A DNA stretch of 64,000 nucleotides from Candidatus Woesebacteria bacterium (GCA_016432525.1 CP066693.1:352815-416814); one strand, 5' to 3'; positions 47,185 to 58,174 are shown, counted from the first letter of the stretch. The notes: generated by a model from the sequence alone, not told the origin. Program-made: numbers and translations.

Positions 47185-48188
47185 ATAACATTAAAAGCTC
47201 CTGTATACATTCCCATACTACATGTATAAGTCAAAAGCCCCGTCTTTGTTGGAGTAAACTCAACTGACTCGGTTCCTGTTAAAGGCAAAAGTTTTGAAAT
47301 ATTCATAGAGGGTATATTAAAAGCTCTGCTACAACCCTGAGTATTATTGGTAACTAAAGTTAGCTTAACTGGCACTCCTGCTTTAATCACCTTCGAGTCA
47401 GCTTTATATCCATAAGAAGTGACAGCGATTGTTACATTTTGTTTTCCATCAGAATCAAGTTTAGTTGTTCCTTTGACCTCCTCTTTTGCACTCGCAGAAT
47501 TATTAAGTCCTAAAACCTTTACATAATTTTGAAAAGTGTGTGCAGATCCCCTTAAAGCTTGTCCCGTATTAATTGATAAAATTCCTAAAAATAATATCAC
47601 GCCCGATGCAATATACAAAAATGCTTTTTTCTCCATAAGCTTTGCAGATGCAATTCCTAAAACCAAAAAAACAGGAGAAGTCCCAAGAGTAAATCCAAAC
47701 ATTATCCCCGCAGCTGTTATTGGATTAGCAGTTGAAACTGCTAAAACCATCATTCCTTGTGTTATTCCGCAAGGGATCAAAACTGTCAAAAAACCCAAAA
47801 ATGCTGGAGCAAAAAATGAGTTCGCCTTGCTTTGGTTTCTCAATACTTTAAAAGCAAATTTTGGTGGCTGTATTACAAATCTTCTAAATATTGGGTGGAC
47901 ATCCAAAAGTCTCAAAGCCGTGATAATCATAAAAACTCCAGCAAATATCTGTAGCCAACCCTGCGCCTGGGCAGTTATCTTCAAACTCGATCCAATTGCT
48001 CCAAGCCCAAATCCTAAAAGTGTATAAGCAAATATTTTAAAAACCAAAAACATGGAAACATAAGGTAAATCACTTTGTTCCTTACTTTTTTGAGATAAAG
48101 CAGATGTAAGAAGTCCTCCTTGTACAGCAAGGCACGATATTCCGCCTGTTGTAAGCCCGGTTACAAATGCAAGTAAAATAGAATTCAT
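47181..48188 (-). CDS. Polytopic membrane permease (TauE/SafE- or DsbD_2-like) fused to a C-terminal cupredoxin-like domain
   Basis: N-terminal GLTTGGISCLAVQGG transmembrane block and multiple TM helices. C-terminal soluble domain VKLTLVTNNTQGCSRAFN...LTYTCSMGMYTGAFNVI resembles Cupredoxin_1. Start overlaps the copZ stop. Confidence 0.5.
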   Translation of the reverse strand: MNSILLAFVTGLTTGGISCLAVQGGLLTSALSQKSKEQSDLPYVSMFLVFKIFAYTLLGFGLGAIGSSLKITAQAQGWLQIFAGVFMIITALRLLDVHPIFRRFVIQPPKFAFKVLRNQSKANSFFAPAFLGFLTVLIPCGITQGMMVLAVSTANPITAAGIMFGFTLGTSPVFLVLGIASAKLMEKKAFLYIASGVILFLGILSINTGQALRGSAHTFQNYVKVLGLNNSASAKEEVKGTTKLDSDGKQNVTIAVTSYGYKADSKVIKAGVPVKLTLVTNNTQGCSRAFNIPSMNISKLLPLTGTESVEFTPTKTGLLTYTCSMGMYTGAFNVI

Positions 48189-48281
48189 AATATAAATTAT
48201 AGATTATTGTTATTCTTTGCAACAGTCAACTATCTTCTTAACTTCATAAAATCTTAATATTTGTCGTTGTAACATCATCTT

Positions 48282-48779
48282 ATGTCAGGTAAGACAATCC
48301 TAATTAGTTCGGGAATTCTTCTTCTAATTCTCATAGGTCTCGCTTTTCTTTTTACATCCGCCTCAAAGTCAAATGCTAAAGTAGTATCTTATGATGCAAA
48401 CAGCGCAGAAAAGCCCAAAGCAGAAGTTGCCCAAAGCTTTGCAGATTTGGGTGAAATAAAAGTTTCAGATGTCAAGAAAACTGATTTTACAATTAAAAAC
48501 TCAGGAACAAAACCTTTACAAATAATTGGATTAACCACAAGCTGTCACTGCACTTTTGGCCAGATTATTTATAAAGATCTAACTACACAAGAATATGGTA
48601 TGTCGGTTCCTGCTGGATATATTACAGATGTTGCTCCAGGGGAAACTGCGATAGTTCGAGTTATATACAAGCCTTACATAATGCCTGTATTTGGATTTGT
48701 CGAGCGGGAAGTCTATATCACGACCAATGACCCATTAAACCAAAAGCTAATTTTTAGCATAAAGATGAACGTTCGCTAA
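48282..48779 (+). CDS. DUF1573-domain membrane-anchored protein
   Basis: TM anchor then NSGTKPLQIIGLTTSCHCT, the DUF1573 N.G..PL.I....SC.C signature. Confidence 0.6.
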   Translation: MSGKTILISSGILLLILIGLAFLFTSASKSNAKVVSYDANSAEKPKAEVAQSFADLGEIKVSDVKKTDFTIKNSGTKPLQIIGLTTSCHCTFGQIIYKDLTTQEYGMSVPAGYITDVAPGETAIVRVIYKPYIMPVFGFVEREVYITTNDPLNQKLIFSIKMNVR

Positions 48780-48781
48780 TT

Positions 48782-49606
48782 ATGAATACAAATTTCTTGT
48801 TCGGAATATCACTAACAGCATCATTTTTGGCTGGTGTACTTGCTCTTTTTGCACCATGCTGCATTACATTTCTTTTTCCTTCTTACCTTGGAACAATTTT
48901 TAAAGAAAATAAAAAAGTTATGCTTTACACTCTTATTTTTGCATTAGGGCTTGGTTCTGTACTGGTGCCGATTGCTCTTGGAGTACGCTTTGCCATATTT
49001 TTCTTAGATTCTTATCACACTCAAGTTTACTATCTCGGGGCAATAGTAATGATTTTAATGGGAGTAATGACACTAAAGCCAATTTTTCATCTCCCTCAAA
49101 TTTTTCATATGTCGCATACTCCGAATAAAAAGGTTGATGCAGCAAGCGTTTTTGGATTAGGACTCATGTCTGGTCTAACTTCTGCTTGCTGCGCCCCCGT
49201 ACTCTTTGCCGCTGTTACTTTGACCTCTCTTTCGCCAACCTTGTTTCAGGCAATAATTGTATCTTTTGCATATGTCATGGGGATAGTTATGCCACTTTTT
49301 GTCATTTCAATGTTTTACGAAAAAGCGACATCTAAAATTGGAGGAGTAAATAGGCAGAAAATTTACAAAGTTTTGAAGTTTGTAGGGGCAGGGATTTTCT
49401 TTCTGACAGGGTTTTTAATTGCAGTATTTAATTATCAAGGCAAATTAAAAATGGGTCAGATGGAAGGATACAGCACAAAAATTCGTCTTATTGTTTTTGA
49501 AATTGCAAAGTATTTCAAAAATCCAATATTAGATTTATTAGTTTTTGGAATTATTGTTTTTATTTTTTATAAATTACTACATTATAAAGGCCATGAAAAA
49601 AAGTAA
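48782..49606 (+). CDS. CcdA/DsbD_2-like thiol-disulfide transmembrane protein
   Basis: LAGVLALFAPCCITFLFP (Cys pair in TM1) and SACCAPVLFAAV (Cys pair in TM4). Confidence 0.6.
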   Translation: MNTNFLFGISLTASFLAGVLALFAPCCITFLFPSYLGTIFKENKKVMLYTLIFALGLGSVLVPIALGVRFAIFFLDSYHTQVYYLGAIVMILMGVMTLKPIFHLPQIFHMSHTPNKKVDAASVFGLGLMSGLTSACCAPVLFAAVTLTSLSPTLFQAIIVSFAYVMGIVMPLFVISMFYEKATSKIGGVNRQKIYKVLKFVGAGIFFLTGFLIAVFNYQGKLKMGQMEGYSTKIRLIVFEIAKYFKNPILDLLVFGIIVFIFYKLLHYKGHEKK

Positions 49607-50516
49607 ATTATTCCCAATTTTAATCCTGAGTATGATTACAAATATACTCTTTGCCGCCGTAGTTTTGGCATCAGGAACAATTAAATTAAATTTAAACGCA
49701 TTACGAACACAATCTACACCTACGACTATATCTAAAGATAATTTATTTGATGAAACAAATCCTGTTGAAGGATTTGAAATTAATGCTAAGTATGGCGATT
49801 TAGGGCCAAAGATGACAGCTCTTGGAGTAATTGACTCAATTAAGTTCAAAGAAGTTTTTGAAAAATCAAATCAACCTCTAACTCCAGATGAAGAAAACAT
49901 TCTTACTAAAGGATCTGATCAAAAAATAAAGATAACTAGAGATAACTCTTATTTTCTTCTTAATTTCTTCTGGGCAGTAGGGCTAACTAACAAATCAAAA
50001 ATTTTAGATGAAGGAGATATGGTCAAATATGGAGGAGCAAAGGCAGCTGGAAATTTTGCATCGACTGGCGGATGGACTTTGGCAAAAACTGATGCTATGA
50101 ACTATTATTCAAAATCTCCAATAGTTAAACTTACACAAGATCAAGAGGATCTAGTGAATAAAGTTGCATCAAATATTTATAGACCATGTTGCAACAACTC
50201 TACTGCTTTTCCTGACTGTAATCACGGTATGGCACTTTTAGGAGTGCTTGAGGTTATGGCAGCAAACGGAGAAACTGAGGATCAAATGTATGAAGCTGCA
50301 AAATATTTCAACGCTTTCTGGTTTCCCGGAAACTACTACGATCTAGCTGAGTATTTCAAAGCTAAAGAAGGAAAATCGTTTAAAGATATTAATGCAAGGA
50401 CACTTCTGGGAAAAGACTATTCCTCGTCAACTGGCTACCAAACCATAAAACAGTGGTTAACAACTAACAATATAGGCGATGTTCCTCCAAAACAAGGCGG
50501 CGGGTGCGGTGTTTGA
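49593..50516 (+). CDS. Secreted hypothetical protein with Cys/His cluster (putative metal-binding)
   Basis: Signal peptide MKKSKLFPILILSMITNILFAAVVLASG. RPCCNNSTAFPDCNHGMALLG motif. Ends GGGCGV. Confidence 0.45.
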   Translation: MKKSKLFPILILSMITNILFAAVVLASGTIKLNLNALRTQSTPTTISKDNLFDETNPVEGFEINAKYGDLGPKMTALGVIDSIKFKEVFEKSNQPLTPDEENILTKGSDQKIKITRDNSYFLLNFFWAVGLTNKSKILDEGDMVKYGGAKAAGNFASTGGWTLAKTDAMNYYSKSPIVKLTQDQEDLVNKVASNIYRPCCNNSTAFPDCNHGMALLGVLEVMAANGETEDQMYEAAKYFNAFWFPGNYYDLAEYFKAKEGKSFKDINARTLLGKDYSSSTGYQTIKQWLTTNNIGDVPPKQGGGCGV

Positions 50517-50529
50517 GATATAATATGGC

Positions 50530-51192
50530 ATGCGTATCTTGATTGTTGAAGACGAGAAACGGCTTTCTAATATTATTAAAAAAGGGTTAGTAGAAGACAA
50601 CTTTGCTGTTGACCAAGCTTTTGATGGTGAAGATGGCGGTTACCTTGCAGAAAGCGAAGAGTATGATCTTATTATCCTTGATTTGATGCTCCCTAAAGTT
50701 AACGGTTTAACTATTTGCCAAGAGCTTCGTAAAAAAAATATCAAGACTCCCATTCTCATGCTTACTGCAAAATCTACAACAGAAGACAAAGTGGCTGGTC
50801 TTGATAGTGGGGCTGATGATTATATTACAAAACCATTCTCTTTTGTTGAGCTTCGCTCACGAATAAACGCTTTAATCAGAAGAAGTCGTCAAGAAGCATC
50901 ACCGATCTTGGTAAAAAAAGATTTAGAAGTTGATCCTCTTAAACACATCGTTAAACGAAGTGGAAAATTAATAGAACTAACACCCAAAGAATTTGCAATT
51001 TTAGAGTTTTTGCTTGGATATAAAGACGAAATTGTTACTAGAACCATGATTATTGAACACGTTTGGGACTACAATTTTGATGGTATGAGTAATATTGTTG
51101 ATGTTTTTGTGGCATCTTTGCGAAAAAAAATTAATGCAGATTCCAAAATCAAATTAATAGAAACAATTCATGGTGTGGGATTTAAAATATGA
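50530..51192 (+). CDS. OmpR-family response regulator
   Basis: Receiver domain with D...DLMLP.VNG and winged-helix output domain. Confidence 0.85.
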   Translation: MRILIVEDEKRLSNIIKKGLVEDNFAVDQAFDGEDGGYLAESEEYDLIILDLMLPKVNGLTICQELRKKNIKTPILMLTAKSTTEDKVAGLDSGADDYITKPFSFVELRSRINALIRRSRQEASPILVKKDLEVDPLKHIVKRSGKLIELTPKEFAILEFLLGYKDEIVTRTMIIEHVWDYNFDGMSNIVDVFVASLRKKINADSKIKLIETIHGVGFKI

Positions 51193-52574
51193 ATACTAAA
51201 AGTATACGTTTTCGAATATTATTCTGGTGTAGTTTGTCTTTATTTTTGGCAACAGCCCTCATATTTTCAAGTTTTTACCTAGTAACAAACAAAATTCTTT
51301 TTCAGCAAGTTGATAAAGAGTTAATTACTCATGCTAATAATATTACCCAAATTGTTATGAATGGGGGAAATGACATGCGCGGTTTAGTTAGTCAACGACT
51401 CACTAGTGAATCTAGGGATATTCCAGGAATGGTAGTAACTATTCTTGATCAGAATGAAAGTATTGTAGCAAGTTCTCTAAGCATTGATACTCCGTTTGTT
51501 TCCTATAGATACTTATTTAAAGAGTCTCAAAACAACTCAAGTCCAATTTATATAAACCAGAATATTAATAATTTTCCAATGAGATTTGTTGCAAAAGCCA
51601 TTAGAAGTAAGGGAATCTTTTTGGGAGTTGTGCTTGTTGCCCATCCCATTGATGCTATTCAAAAATCTCTTAATATACTTCTTGTTACTTTAGGCACTGT
51701 TTTCGTATTACTTATTATTCCAACCATATTAGCGGTTCACATATTGGCTACAAAAATATTGCAGCCTATTTTGAAAATAAGTGACAAGATGGAGGAAATT
51801 AGTTCCGAACATTTGGATAAAAAAATTATAAATCCAAACTCTGGTGATGAAATAGAAAAGTTGGTTGTTAGCTTTAATAAACTCCTTGATCGTTTACAAG
51901 AAGCGTTTGTTCGTGAACGCCAATTTATTGGCGATGTTGCACATGAACTTAAAACTCCTGTAGCAACACTAAGAAGCGGAGTTGAACTTACCCTTTCAAA
52001 AGAAAGAACAAAAGAAGAATATAAAAAGGCACTCTCTGAAACAATATTTGATGTGAATAGATTATCAGGAAGTTTAAAAAATATTCTTGATCTGGCTTGG
52101 GTGGGAACAGAAAATGTGGGTTTTTTAAAAAACAAGTTTAATTTATCTGAAACGATGAATGAATTGAAGGAAATTGCAATAAAATTAGCTACCCAAAAGC
52201 ATATTACGATTCGAGGAAAAGTTGATACCAATATTTCGGTAAAGGGTAGCAAAGATAAAATAACAAGAGCAATTCTTAATGTAATTGATAATGCAATTAA
52301 ATATACTCCTGAGGGAGGGCTGGTATTCATATCTCTTCATAAAAAATCCAAAAATGCTATTGTTGAAATTAGGGATAATGGTGCAGGTATACCAAAAAAA
52401 GAACTTCCACATATTTTTGAACGTTTTTACAGAGGATCTGGTGTTTCTAAAACCTTAGGGTCTGGATTGGGATTGGCAATTGCTCAAAACATAATAAAGG
52501 CTCACCAAGGAGATATCAAAATATCAAGTATTATTGGTAAAGGTACTTCTGTAAAAATATTCATAAAATCTTAA
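51189..52574 (+). CDS. Sensor histidine kinase (HAMP-HisKA-HATPase)
   Basis: Two TM segments, H-box VAHELKTPVATL, N/G boxes IRDNGAGIP...GSGLGLAI. Confidence 0.85.
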   Translation: MNTKSIRFRILFWCSLSLFLATALIFSSFYLVTNKILFQQVDKELITHANNITQIVMNGGNDMRGLVSQRLTSESRDIPGMVVTILDQNESIVASSLSIDTPFVSYRYLFKESQNNSSPIYINQNINNFPMRFVAKAIRSKGIFLGVVLVAHPIDAIQKSLNILLVTLGTVFVLLIIPTILAVHILATKILQPILKISDKMEEISSEHLDKKIINPNSGDEIEKLVVSFNKLLDRLQEAFVRERQFIGDVAHELKTPVATLRSGVELTLSKERTKEEYKKALSETIFDVNRLSGSLKNILDLAWVGTENVGFLKNKFNLSETMNELKEIAIKLATQKHITIRGKVDTNISVKGSKDKITRAILNVIDNAIKYTPEGGLVFISLHKKSKNAIVEIRDNGAGIPKKELPHIFERFYRGSGVSKTLGSGLGLAIAQNIIKAHQGDIKISSIIGKGTSVKIFIKS

Positions 52575-52618
52575 TAGTTATTTCTGTAATCTTAGTCTAA
52601 ACTGAAAGTGGATCGAAG

Positions 52619-52888
52619 GTGAGAAAGATGAAAAAATTAAATGAAATGGCTCTTGCAAATGCGTTTGCTGCTTTAGGGTTTATATTTTATGCCGCTTGTT
52701 TTGTTATAATAACAACGGCTCCTGACCTCTATAAATCTATTGCTCAAAGCTGGTTCCATGGTGTTGATTTAAGCCAAATCTGGAAAGGAAATCAAGACAA
52801 TTTTTTATTAGGTCTTATTACCTTTACTGGAAGCTCTTGGATCTCAGGTTGGTTACTCGCATGGTTTTATAATAGATTTAGTAAATAA
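52619..52888 (+). CDS. Small membrane protein
   Basis: Two TM helices. GTG or internal ATG start. Confidence 0.35.
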   Translation: MRKMKKLNEMALANAFAALGFIFYAACFVIITTAPDLYKSIAQSWFHGVDLSQIWKGNQDNFLLGLITFTGSSWISGWLLAWFYNRFSK

Positions 52889-53244
52889 TGGAAAAACTAG
52901 TAATAACATCATTAGGTTTAGTTATGGTAGGTTTTATTTATTGGTTTTTCTTTGGAAAACGCGAGGAGGTGGTGGGTACGGAAAATGGAAAAATTCATAT
53001 ATTAGTTGATGGAGGCTACAAGCCAGGAAATATCAAAGTTAAAAAAAACATTGAAACAGAGCTAGTTTTTAAAAGAACTGACCAAAATTCTTGCTTAGAG
53101 GAAGTTGTGATTCCCGATTTTAAAATTAGTCAGTATTTGCCAATGAACGAGCCAGTATCAATTAAAATTACACCTAAAAATAAAGGAGAATACGATATTC
53201 ATTGTGGAATGAACATGTTCCACGGAAAAATAATTGTAGAATGA
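52888..53244 (+). CDS. Cupredoxin-like domain protein, membrane-anchored
   Basis: TM anchor. [18 protein letters not shown] resembles the Cupredoxin_1 C-terminal copper-site block. Stop overlaps the copA start. Confidence 0.55.
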   Translation: MEKLVITSLGLVMVGFIYWFFFGKREEVVGTENGKIHILVDGGYKPGNIKVKKNIETELVFKRTDQNSCLEEVVIPDFKISQYLPMNEPVSIKITPKNKGEYDIHCGMNMFHGKIIVE

Positions 53245-55466
53245 TGGCAACACCTACTGAAAAAAAATCATTTCCCATAATTGGAATGCATTGCGCTTCC
53301 TGTGCTAAGTTAATTGAAAGAAATCTTAGAAAAGCTAAAGGAGTTATAGATTGCTCAGTTAATTACGCATCTGAAGAAGCCTCTGTTGAATATGATCCAA
53401 TTGAGGCTAGCGATAAAAATTTAATAGATGCTGTTACCTCAGCTGGATATAAAGCCGTTCTTGGTGAAAATTTAGAAAAAGATAAACAAGCTTCAGATGT
53501 TAAACAAGAAGCAAAGAAAAAAGAACTGGAATCTCTCAAAAAAAAGGTAATTATATCGGCAATTTTTAGTACAATCGTATTTTTAGGAAGCTTTCCAGAG
53601 TGGTTTAGCTTTGTTCCAGAAATTATAAAAGACCCCCTTCACTTAATGATACTTTCAGGAATTGTTCAGTTTTGGGCAGGCTGGAGCTTTTATCAAGCAA
53701 CTCTCTCTGGTCTTAAAAATAGAACAGCCAGTATGGATACTCTTATTGCAATTGGAACTTCAGCTGCATGGGGTTTTTCAGCAATAGTAACACTTTTAAA
53801 TCTCAAATTCGCGATGTATTTTGATACTGGAGCTGTTGTTATTACGTTAATTCTTCTGGGAAGATATTTGGAAAGCAAAGCCAAAGAACACACGTCGGAT
53901 GCAATTAAAAAACTTCTCGGACTTCAAGCAAAAACCGCACGAGTAATTAGAAACGGCAAAGAAATGGATATTCCGATAGAAGAAGTTAAGATTGGGGATG
54001 AAATTCGTGTTCGCCCAGGTGAAAAAGTCCCAGTTGATGGGATTATTGAAGAAGGAACCAGTAGTATTGATGAATCAATGGTAACAGGAGAGTCAATTCC
54101 TGTTGAAAAAATTAAAGGCGATACAGTAATAGGGTCCACTTTAAACAAATCTGGAAGTTTTATTTTTAAAGCAACAAAAGTGGGATCAGATACTATGCTA
54201 TCCCAAATTGTAAAGATGGTAAGTACTGCTCAAAGCTCAAGAGCTCCAATTCAGCGCTTAGCCGATGTTATCTCCTCTTATTTCGTACCAATCGTTTTAA
54301 TGTTAGCAGTTCTAACTTTTGTTGTTTGGTTTGACACAGGCTCTTTTGCAAGTGCTCTGACTAATATGATTGCAGTATTGGTCATCGCTTGCCCTTGTGC
54401 TCTTGGCCTTGCAACCCCAACTGCAATAATGGTTGGTGTGGGCATTGGTGCTGAAAAAGGAATACTCATAAAAGATGCCGAATCTCTTGAAATTGCGCAT
54501 AAAGTGCAAGTTGTAGTCTTTGATAAAACAGGGACCCTCACAGAAGGAAAACCAAAAGTAACAGATATTATAAAATCCTCAACTTCAGATTTAACTCAAA
54601 TGGGGATATTGGGACTCGCTGCTTCTCTTGAAAAAGGTTCAGAGCACCCTCTTGCAGAAGCAATCATAGCTCGTGCCCAAGAAGAAAAAGTAGAGTTAAC
54701 CAAAGTTGAAGGGTTCAAGGCAATTGCAGGTCATGGTATAGAAGGGAATTTAATAGGTAATAAATTTTATTTTGGTAATCGCCGCTTAATGGATAAAAAT
54801 GATATTTCATACAAAGACTTGGATAATGAAGTTGTTGCGTTAGAGAAAGAAGGCAAAACTGTAATGCTTGTTGGATCAAATAAATTAGAAGGAATAATAG
54901 CTGTTGCAGATACCCTCAAAGAAGATGCTAAAGATATGGTCAATAGCCTTGAAAAGAAAAAAATAGAAGTATGGATGGTTACAGGTGATAATGAAGTTAC
55001 AGCACAAGGTATAGCCCAAAAGGCAGGGATTAAAAATGTGTTAGCCGGAGTTCTTCCAGAGCAAAAAGCAGAAAAAATTGGACAGTTAAAATCTATTAAC
55101 AAAAAAGTTGTTGCCTTTGTTGGAGATGGAGTAAACGATGCACCAGCTTTAGCCGCAGCAGATGTGGGTATTGCGATGGGAACAGGTACAGATGTCGCGA
55201 TAGAGTCAGCTGCAGTTACACTTCTAAATAAAGACCTTATAAATGTAGTATCAGCTCTTGATCTATCAAAGAGTACTATGAATACGATTCGTCAAAATCT
55301 TTTTTGGGCTTTTGGCTATAACGTAATTTTAATTCCTGTGGCAATGGGAGCTCTTTATCCTTTCTTTCATCTTCTTTTAAATCCAGCACTAGCCGCTTTT
55401 GCAATGGCTGCTTCGTCAATTTCAGTTGTAGGAAATTCTTTAAGACTCAAGAAAATCAGGTTATAA
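53241..55466 (+). CDS. copA: Copper-translocating P1B-type ATPase
   Basis: N-terminal [16 protein letters not shown] motif. DKTGTLT phosphorylation site. [10 protein letters not shown] hinge. Confidence 0.9.
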   Translation: MMATPTEKKSFPIIGMHCASCAKLIERNLRKAKGVIDCSVNYASEEASVEYDPIEASDKNLIDAVTSAGYKAVLGENLEKDKQASDVKQEAKKKELESLKKKVIISAIFSTIVFLGSFPEWFSFVPEIIKDPLHLMILSGIVQFWAGWSFYQATLSGLKNRTASMDTLIAIGTSAAWGFSAIVTLLNLKFAMYFDTGAVVITLILLGRYLESKAKEHTSDAIKKLLGLQAKTARVIRNGKEMDIPIEEVKIGDEIRVRPGEKVPVDGIIEEGTSSIDESMVTGESIPVEKIKGDTVIGSTLNKSGSFIFKATKVGSDTMLSQIVKMVSTAQSSRAPIQRLADVISSYFVPIVLMLAVLTFVVWFDTGSFASALTNMIAVLVIACPCALGLATPTAIMVGVGIGAEKGILIKDAESLEIAHKVQVVVFDKTGTLTEGKPKVTDIIKSSTSDLTQMGILGLAASLEKGSEHPLAEAIIARAQEEKVELTKVEGFKAIAGHGIEGNLIGNKFYFGNRRLMDKNDISYKDLDNEVVALEKEGKTVMLVGSNKLEGIIAVADTLKEDAKDMVNSLEKKKIEVWMVTGDNEVTAQGIAQKAGIKNVLAGVLPEQKAEKIGQLKSINKKVVAFVGDGVNDAPALAAADVGIAMGTGTDVAIESAAVTLLNKDLINVVSALDLSKSTMNTIRQNLFWAFGYNVILIPVAMGALYPFFHLLLNPALAAFAMAASSISVVGNSLRLKKIRL

Positions 55467-55498
55467 TATCTTCCTACTTATTCTATAATTAAAATACG

Positions 55499-56380
55499 AT
55501 GAAAAAGAATGGCCTTATTATTTTTATTCTTCTCATTTTTACTTCTCTTTTTTTAGTTTTTCTCACCCAAAAAAATGCCATTGAAAACACTCAAAAAATA
55601 AAAGTTACAGCGTCATTTTATCCACTATATGATTTCGCAAAAAATGTAGGCGGCGACAAAACAGAAGTTATAAATATTACCCCAGCAGGATCCGAACCTC
55701 ATGATTTTGATCCAACACCCCAAGATATTGTAAATATTCAAAAATCCAAACTTTTTATCTATAACGATATAAATCTGGAAAGATGGACAGATAAACTTTT
55801 ACCAGATCTAGGAAGCCATATTATAAAAGCTTCTAATGGAATTAATATAACCTCTTCAGATCCTCATGTTTGGCTTGATCCTGTTTTAGCACAAATTGAA
55901 GTTAAAAATATCACCCAAGCGCTAAAGGCAGCAGATCATCAAAATCAATCAATTTATGATGCTAATTCTCAAAACTACATTAATAAATTAAAAACCTTAG
56001 ATACTGAATTTAAAGTAGGTCTTTCATCGTGTACTAGTCGAGATTTTATAACTTCCCATCAAGCTTTTGGCTATCTCGCAAGTCGTTATAATTTAAATAT
56101 GATATCAATTGCTGGTTTTAGTCCAGATGCAGAGCCTTCTCCTCAAACTCTTGCTAACTTAGCAAATTTTGGCAAAAATCATAATGTAAAATACATTTTC
56201 TTTGAATCTTTAGTTTCCCCTAAACTATCCCAAACGTTAGCCCAAGAACTAGGTGCAAAAACTCTTGTTTTAGACCCAATAGAAGGATTAACTGCCGATA
56301 GAATTAAAAGTGGTGAAAATTACATCTCACTCCAAAGGCAAAATCTTGCTAATCTTAGGTTAGCCCTTAACTGCAAATGA
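55499..56380 (+). CDS. Metal (Zn/Mn) ABC transporter substrate-binding protein, ZnuA/TroA family
   Basis: Signal anchor. Cluster-9 SBP fold with conserved His/Asp positions (EPHDFDP, HVWLDP). Confidence 0.7.
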   Translation: MKKNGLIIFILLIFTSLFLVFLTQKNAIENTQKIKVTASFYPLYDFAKNVGGDKTEVINITPAGSEPHDFDPTPQDIVNIQKSKLFIYNDINLERWTDKLLPDLGSHIIKASNGINITSSDPHVWLDPVLAQIEVKNITQALKAADHQNQSIYDANSQNYINKLKTLDTEFKVGLSSCTSRDFITSHQAFGYLASRYNLNMISIAGFSPDAEPSPQTLANLANFGKNHNVKYIFFESLVSPKLSQTLAQELGAKTLVLDPIEGLTADRIKSGENYISLQRQNLANLRLALNCK

Positions 56381-57099
56381 ATGACTTAATAATACAGCTT
56401 AAAAAAGTAAATTATAGATACAATGATTTACGAGTTTTAGAGGACATAGATCTTGAAGTGGAAAAAAAAGAATTTCTAGGAATCATTGGCCCAAATGGTT
56501 CGGGAAAAACAACTCTTTTAAAAATTATTCTTGGATTGATTCCACCCGAGAATGGAGAAGTTTTCCTGTTCCAAAAACCAATTTCTAAATTTAAGGATTG
56601 GCAAAAAATTGGTTACGTTCCCCAAAAAGCAACTCAATTTGATAAAAATTTCCCCATTACAGTTGAAGAAGTCGTTTCTCTTGGGTGTCTTCACACAGTT
56701 GATCATAAAAAAATAGAAAATGCTCTTAGTATTGTTGAAATGGGAAAGTTTAGAAAAAGAAGAATTTCAGATCTTTCAGGAGGCCAGCAGCAGAGAGTTT
56801 TTATAGCAAAAGCTCTCTGTAGTAGTCCCGAACTTCTGGTTTTAGACGAGCCAACGGTAGGGATAGATAGTAATTCCCAAGAAAAATTTTATGATATTTT
56901 ATCGCACTTAAATAAAGACCACTCAATCACAATTCTCTTAGTTTCCCACGATATTGACGTTGTAGTAAATGAAGTGGGAAAACTTGTTTGTATCAATAAA
57001 AAACTTGTTTATGAGGGTCAACCAAAAGAATTCATAAAAAAAGATTATCTGGAAAAACTTTATGGAAAGGGACGAAAATTCATAATTCATGGGCACTAA
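56377..57099 (+). CDS. Metal ABC transporter ATP-binding protein (ZnuC-like)
   Basis: Walker A GPNGSGKTT, signature [15 protein letters not shown], Walker B LVLDEPT. Confidence 0.85.
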   Translation: MNDLIIQLKKVNYRYNDLRVLEDIDLEVEKKEFLGIIGPNGSGKTTLLKIILGLIPPENGEVFLFQKPISKFKDWQKIGYVPQKATQFDKNFPITVEEVVSLGCLHTVDHKKIENALSIVEMGKFRKRRISDLSGGQQQRVFIAKALCSSPELLVLDEPTVGIDSNSQEKFYDILSHLNKDHSITILLVSHDIDVVVNEVGKLVCINKKLVYEGQPKEFIKKDYLEKLYGKGRKFIIHGH

Positions 57100-57895
57100 C
57101 ATTTTAGAAATTTTTAAGTATAGTTTTATGCTTCGAGCTCTAGAGGCAGGGATAATCATCTCAATTTTGGCGCCCATCATAGGCATTTTTCTGGTATCGC
57201 GAAGATTGAGCCTTATTTCAGATACTCTTTCCCATGTCTCTCTTGCAGGTGTTGCCATCGGCCTTCTTTTAGGAATATATCCTGTTGCAACGGCAATTGT
57301 TGTCTCAATTTTGGCAGGCATTTTAATTGAAAAATTAAGAGGAGATAAAAATATTTCTTCAGAATCAACTCTCGCAATGTTTCTTTCAGGCGGTTTGGCA
57401 ATAGCAGTTGTATTAATAAGTCTAGCCAAAGGCTTTAATACAGATCTTTTTTCATATCTTTTTGGAAGTATCACAACAGTCACAGTTTCAGATCTTTGGA
57501 CGATTTTAATTTTGGGAGTAATAATCCTTGTTACAATTTCTCTTTTTTATAAAGATTTTTTGTATATTGCATTCGATGAAGATGGCGCACGTGTTGCAGG
57601 TCTCCCTGTTAAATTTTTAAATATTTTATATATAGTTCTTACTGCAACAACCGTAAGTCTTTCAATGAGAATAGTAGGAGTCCTGCTAATTGGAGCCTTA
57701 ATGGTAATTCCAGTAGTATCTGCAATTCAACTCAAATTAAGTTTTAAAAACACTCTCTTCGTGTCAATTCTAATAAGTTTTGTATCTGTAATTATAGGCC
57801 TTTTTGCTTCATATTTCTTAAATTTGGCCGCTGGAGGAACTATAGTTGTAGTTTCCCTTATAATTTTTGGTATAATTACCCTGTTAAAAAAATAA
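57089..57895 (+). CDS. Metal ABC transporter permease (ZnuB-like)
   Basis: ABC-3 family, 8-TM permease. Confidence 0.75.
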   Translation: MGTNILEIFKYSFMLRALEAGIIISILAPIIGIFLVSRRLSLISDTLSHVSLAGVAIGLLLGIYPVATAIVVSILAGILIEKLRGDKNISSESTLAMFLSGGLAIAVVLISLAKGFNTDLFSYLFGSITTVTVSDLWTILILGVIILVTISLFYKDFLYIAFDEDGARVAGLPVKFLNILYIVLTATTVSLSMRIVGVLLIGALMVIPVVSAIQLKLSFKNTLFVSILISFVSVIIGLFASYFLNLAAGGTIVVVSLIIFGIITLLKK

Positions 57896-57917
57896 CCTAT
57901 TTTAAATAGGAGAAAAA

Positions 57918-58016
57918 ATGAGCCTTTCGGATATAATAGTTGCTATCGGTTTAGGAATCGCAGCAGTCATAATAGTAAACGCGATCATCATAGGAATAAA
58001 AAGTAGAAAAGATTAA
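57918..58016 (+). CDS. Small membrane ORF (32 aa)
   Basis: AGGAG SD and ATG at 57918. MSLSDIIVAIGLGIAAVIIVNAIIIGIKSRKD. Terminator immediately downstream. Not in the track (under 60 aa). Confidence 0.35.
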   Translation: MSLSDIIVAIGLGIAAVIIVNAIIIGIKSRKD

Positions 58017-58026
58017 AAAAGTGAAG

Positions 58027-58068
58027 GGACCTGAATAACCACACAAGGCTTTCAGGTCCATTTTTTTT
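58027..58068 (+). terminator. Rho-independent terminator
   Basis: GGACCTGAA...TTCAGGTCC is a 9-bp stem followed by TTTTTTTT. Confidence 0.7.
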
Positions 58069-58174
58069 ATCTTCTTTTATCAGTCCACGTTATTATAGGC
58101 TAAATATGTTATAATTCTACAATTTGGCAAAATTGTCAAAGGTTCCTTAATAACTCAAAGAAAGAGGCTATAAA

